Part shown: piece after piece, positions 63,208 through 64,000 of the stretch
Layout of the letters: each line of letters begins with the position of its first letter
How positions within the stretch are numbered: the first letter of the stretch is position 1
Assembly (NCBI GenBank): GCA_965204735.1
Contig: OZ242008.1
Span: 1,408,001 to 1,472,000, forward strand
Source: Longimicrobiales bacterium
Lineage (GTDB): Bacteria; Gemmatimonadota; Gemmatimonadetes; Longimicrobiales; Gaopeijiaceae
DNA length: 64,000 nt
Direction of reading: 5' to 3'
Program-made: the position numbers and the translations under genes
The notes under the pieces: model-generated
Databases searched by the model: none
What the model saw: only the letters and a program-made list of their open reading frames with translations
Told to the model about the DNA's origin: nothing

Positions 63208-63324
63208 TGCTTGCGCTCCGGGCGTCCCACGTGCTGCTCCGGGCGCCCTCGACAATGGTTGCTCCGGCGCGCCTTCCCCCGCGGCTCCGGCGCGCCCCCA
63301 CATTGGCCATGCCGGAGGCGGCCG

Positions 63325-64000
63325 GTGACAACATCCCAGCTCGTGGCGAACACGGACAATACCGACAAGAGCGCGACGGCGTTGCGCTCCATGGGCGCCG
63401 GGCTGGTCGGTCCGGAGCAGGTGGGCCGAGAGGTTCGGGTCGCAGGCTGGGTCCACCGTCGGAGGAACCTGGGCGGCCTGGTCTTCCTCGACCTGCGGGA
63501 CCGATGGGGCGTTCTCCAGGCGTCGGTGGGGCCGGAGTGGTCTTCGCCCCAGGCCGTCGAGGCCGCCCGGGGGCTGGGCGCAGAAGACGTGGTGGTGCTC
63601 CGGGGCGTGGTCGCCCTTCGGCCCCCGGAAGCCCGTAACCCGGAGATGGCCACCGGCGCAGTGGAGCTTCAGGTCGCCGACCTGCGCGTCGTGAACCGGG
63701 CGGAGACGCCCGCGATCCCCGTCTACCGGTCGCCGGAAGAGGAGCTGCCGTCCGAAGAGCTTCGGCTGCGCCACCGGGTGCTCGACCTGCGTCGGGCGGA
63801 GATGCGCGAACGGCTCGAGCTTCGGCACCGCCTCGTGCTGGCTGTCCGCAACTACTTCGACGCCCAGGGCTTCGTCGAGATCGAGACCCCCGTGCTCACG
63901 CGCCCCACCCCCGAAGGTGCCCGGGACTTCCTGGTGCCCAGCCGGGTCCACCCCGGCGAGTTCTTCGCCCTCCCCCAGAGCCCCCAGATATACAAGCAGG
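63325..64000 (+). CDS. aspS: Aspartate--tRNA ligase, 3'-truncated by window edge
   Basis: GGAGG SD; GWVHRRRNLGGLVFLDLRDR, LRLRHRVLDLRR, IETP.L..PTPEGARDFLVPSR, ALPQSPQ. Not listed in the supplied ORF track because it has no stop in the window. Confidence 0.95.
   Translation, partial: MTTSQLVANTDNTDKSATALRSMGAGLVGPEQVGREVRVAGWVHRRRNLGGLVFLDLRDRWGVLQASVGPEWSSPQAVEAARGLGAEDVVVLRGVVALRPPEARNPEMATGAVELQVADLRVVNRAETPAIPVYRSPEEELPSEELRLRHRVLDLRRAEMRERLELRHRLVLAVRNYFDAQGFVEIETPVLTRPTPEGARDFLVPSRVHPGEFFALPQSPQIYKQ

Overview
GC-rich bacterial chromosomal window. Gene content and order resemble Gemmatimonadota, possibly a host/sponge-associated lineage; this is inference only. About 1-40 kb is mostly housekeeping: ftsY, recG, asnS, alr, cdd, mtaB, miaB, comEC, purF/L/Q/S/C/B, pssA, psd, truA fused in frame to an HtrA-like protease, trpD, trpC-trpF, trpB, trpA, an NFACT/Rqc2 gene and lepB. 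Single accessory genes are interspersed (coiled-coil repeat protein, O-antigen-ligase-like protein). An Rpn nuclease gene and lexA lie antisense inside the trp cluster. 40.6-53.9 kb is a 4423-aa Calx-beta repeat autotransporter adhesin preceded by a C33 tract abutting TTGACA. 54-59.4 kb is a less GC-rich, partly decayed and apparently tandem-duplicated defence-like island (AAA ATPase + TOPRIM-like protein, HATPase-HTH gene, pseudogenes). It is followed by a ketopantoate-reductase-like protein with substituted catalytic residues fused to an unknown membrane-associated domain, then rlmN, a 19-bp tandem repeat array and the start of aspS. Strongest leads: the pseudo-KPR fusion, a candidate new LexA operator (CCGAA x4 at 11-bp period over the lexA promoter), the TruA-HtrA fusion, an intragenic RpnS-type start, and the adhesin promoter/repeat architecture. 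All calls come from reading motifs by eye; no database searches were run.
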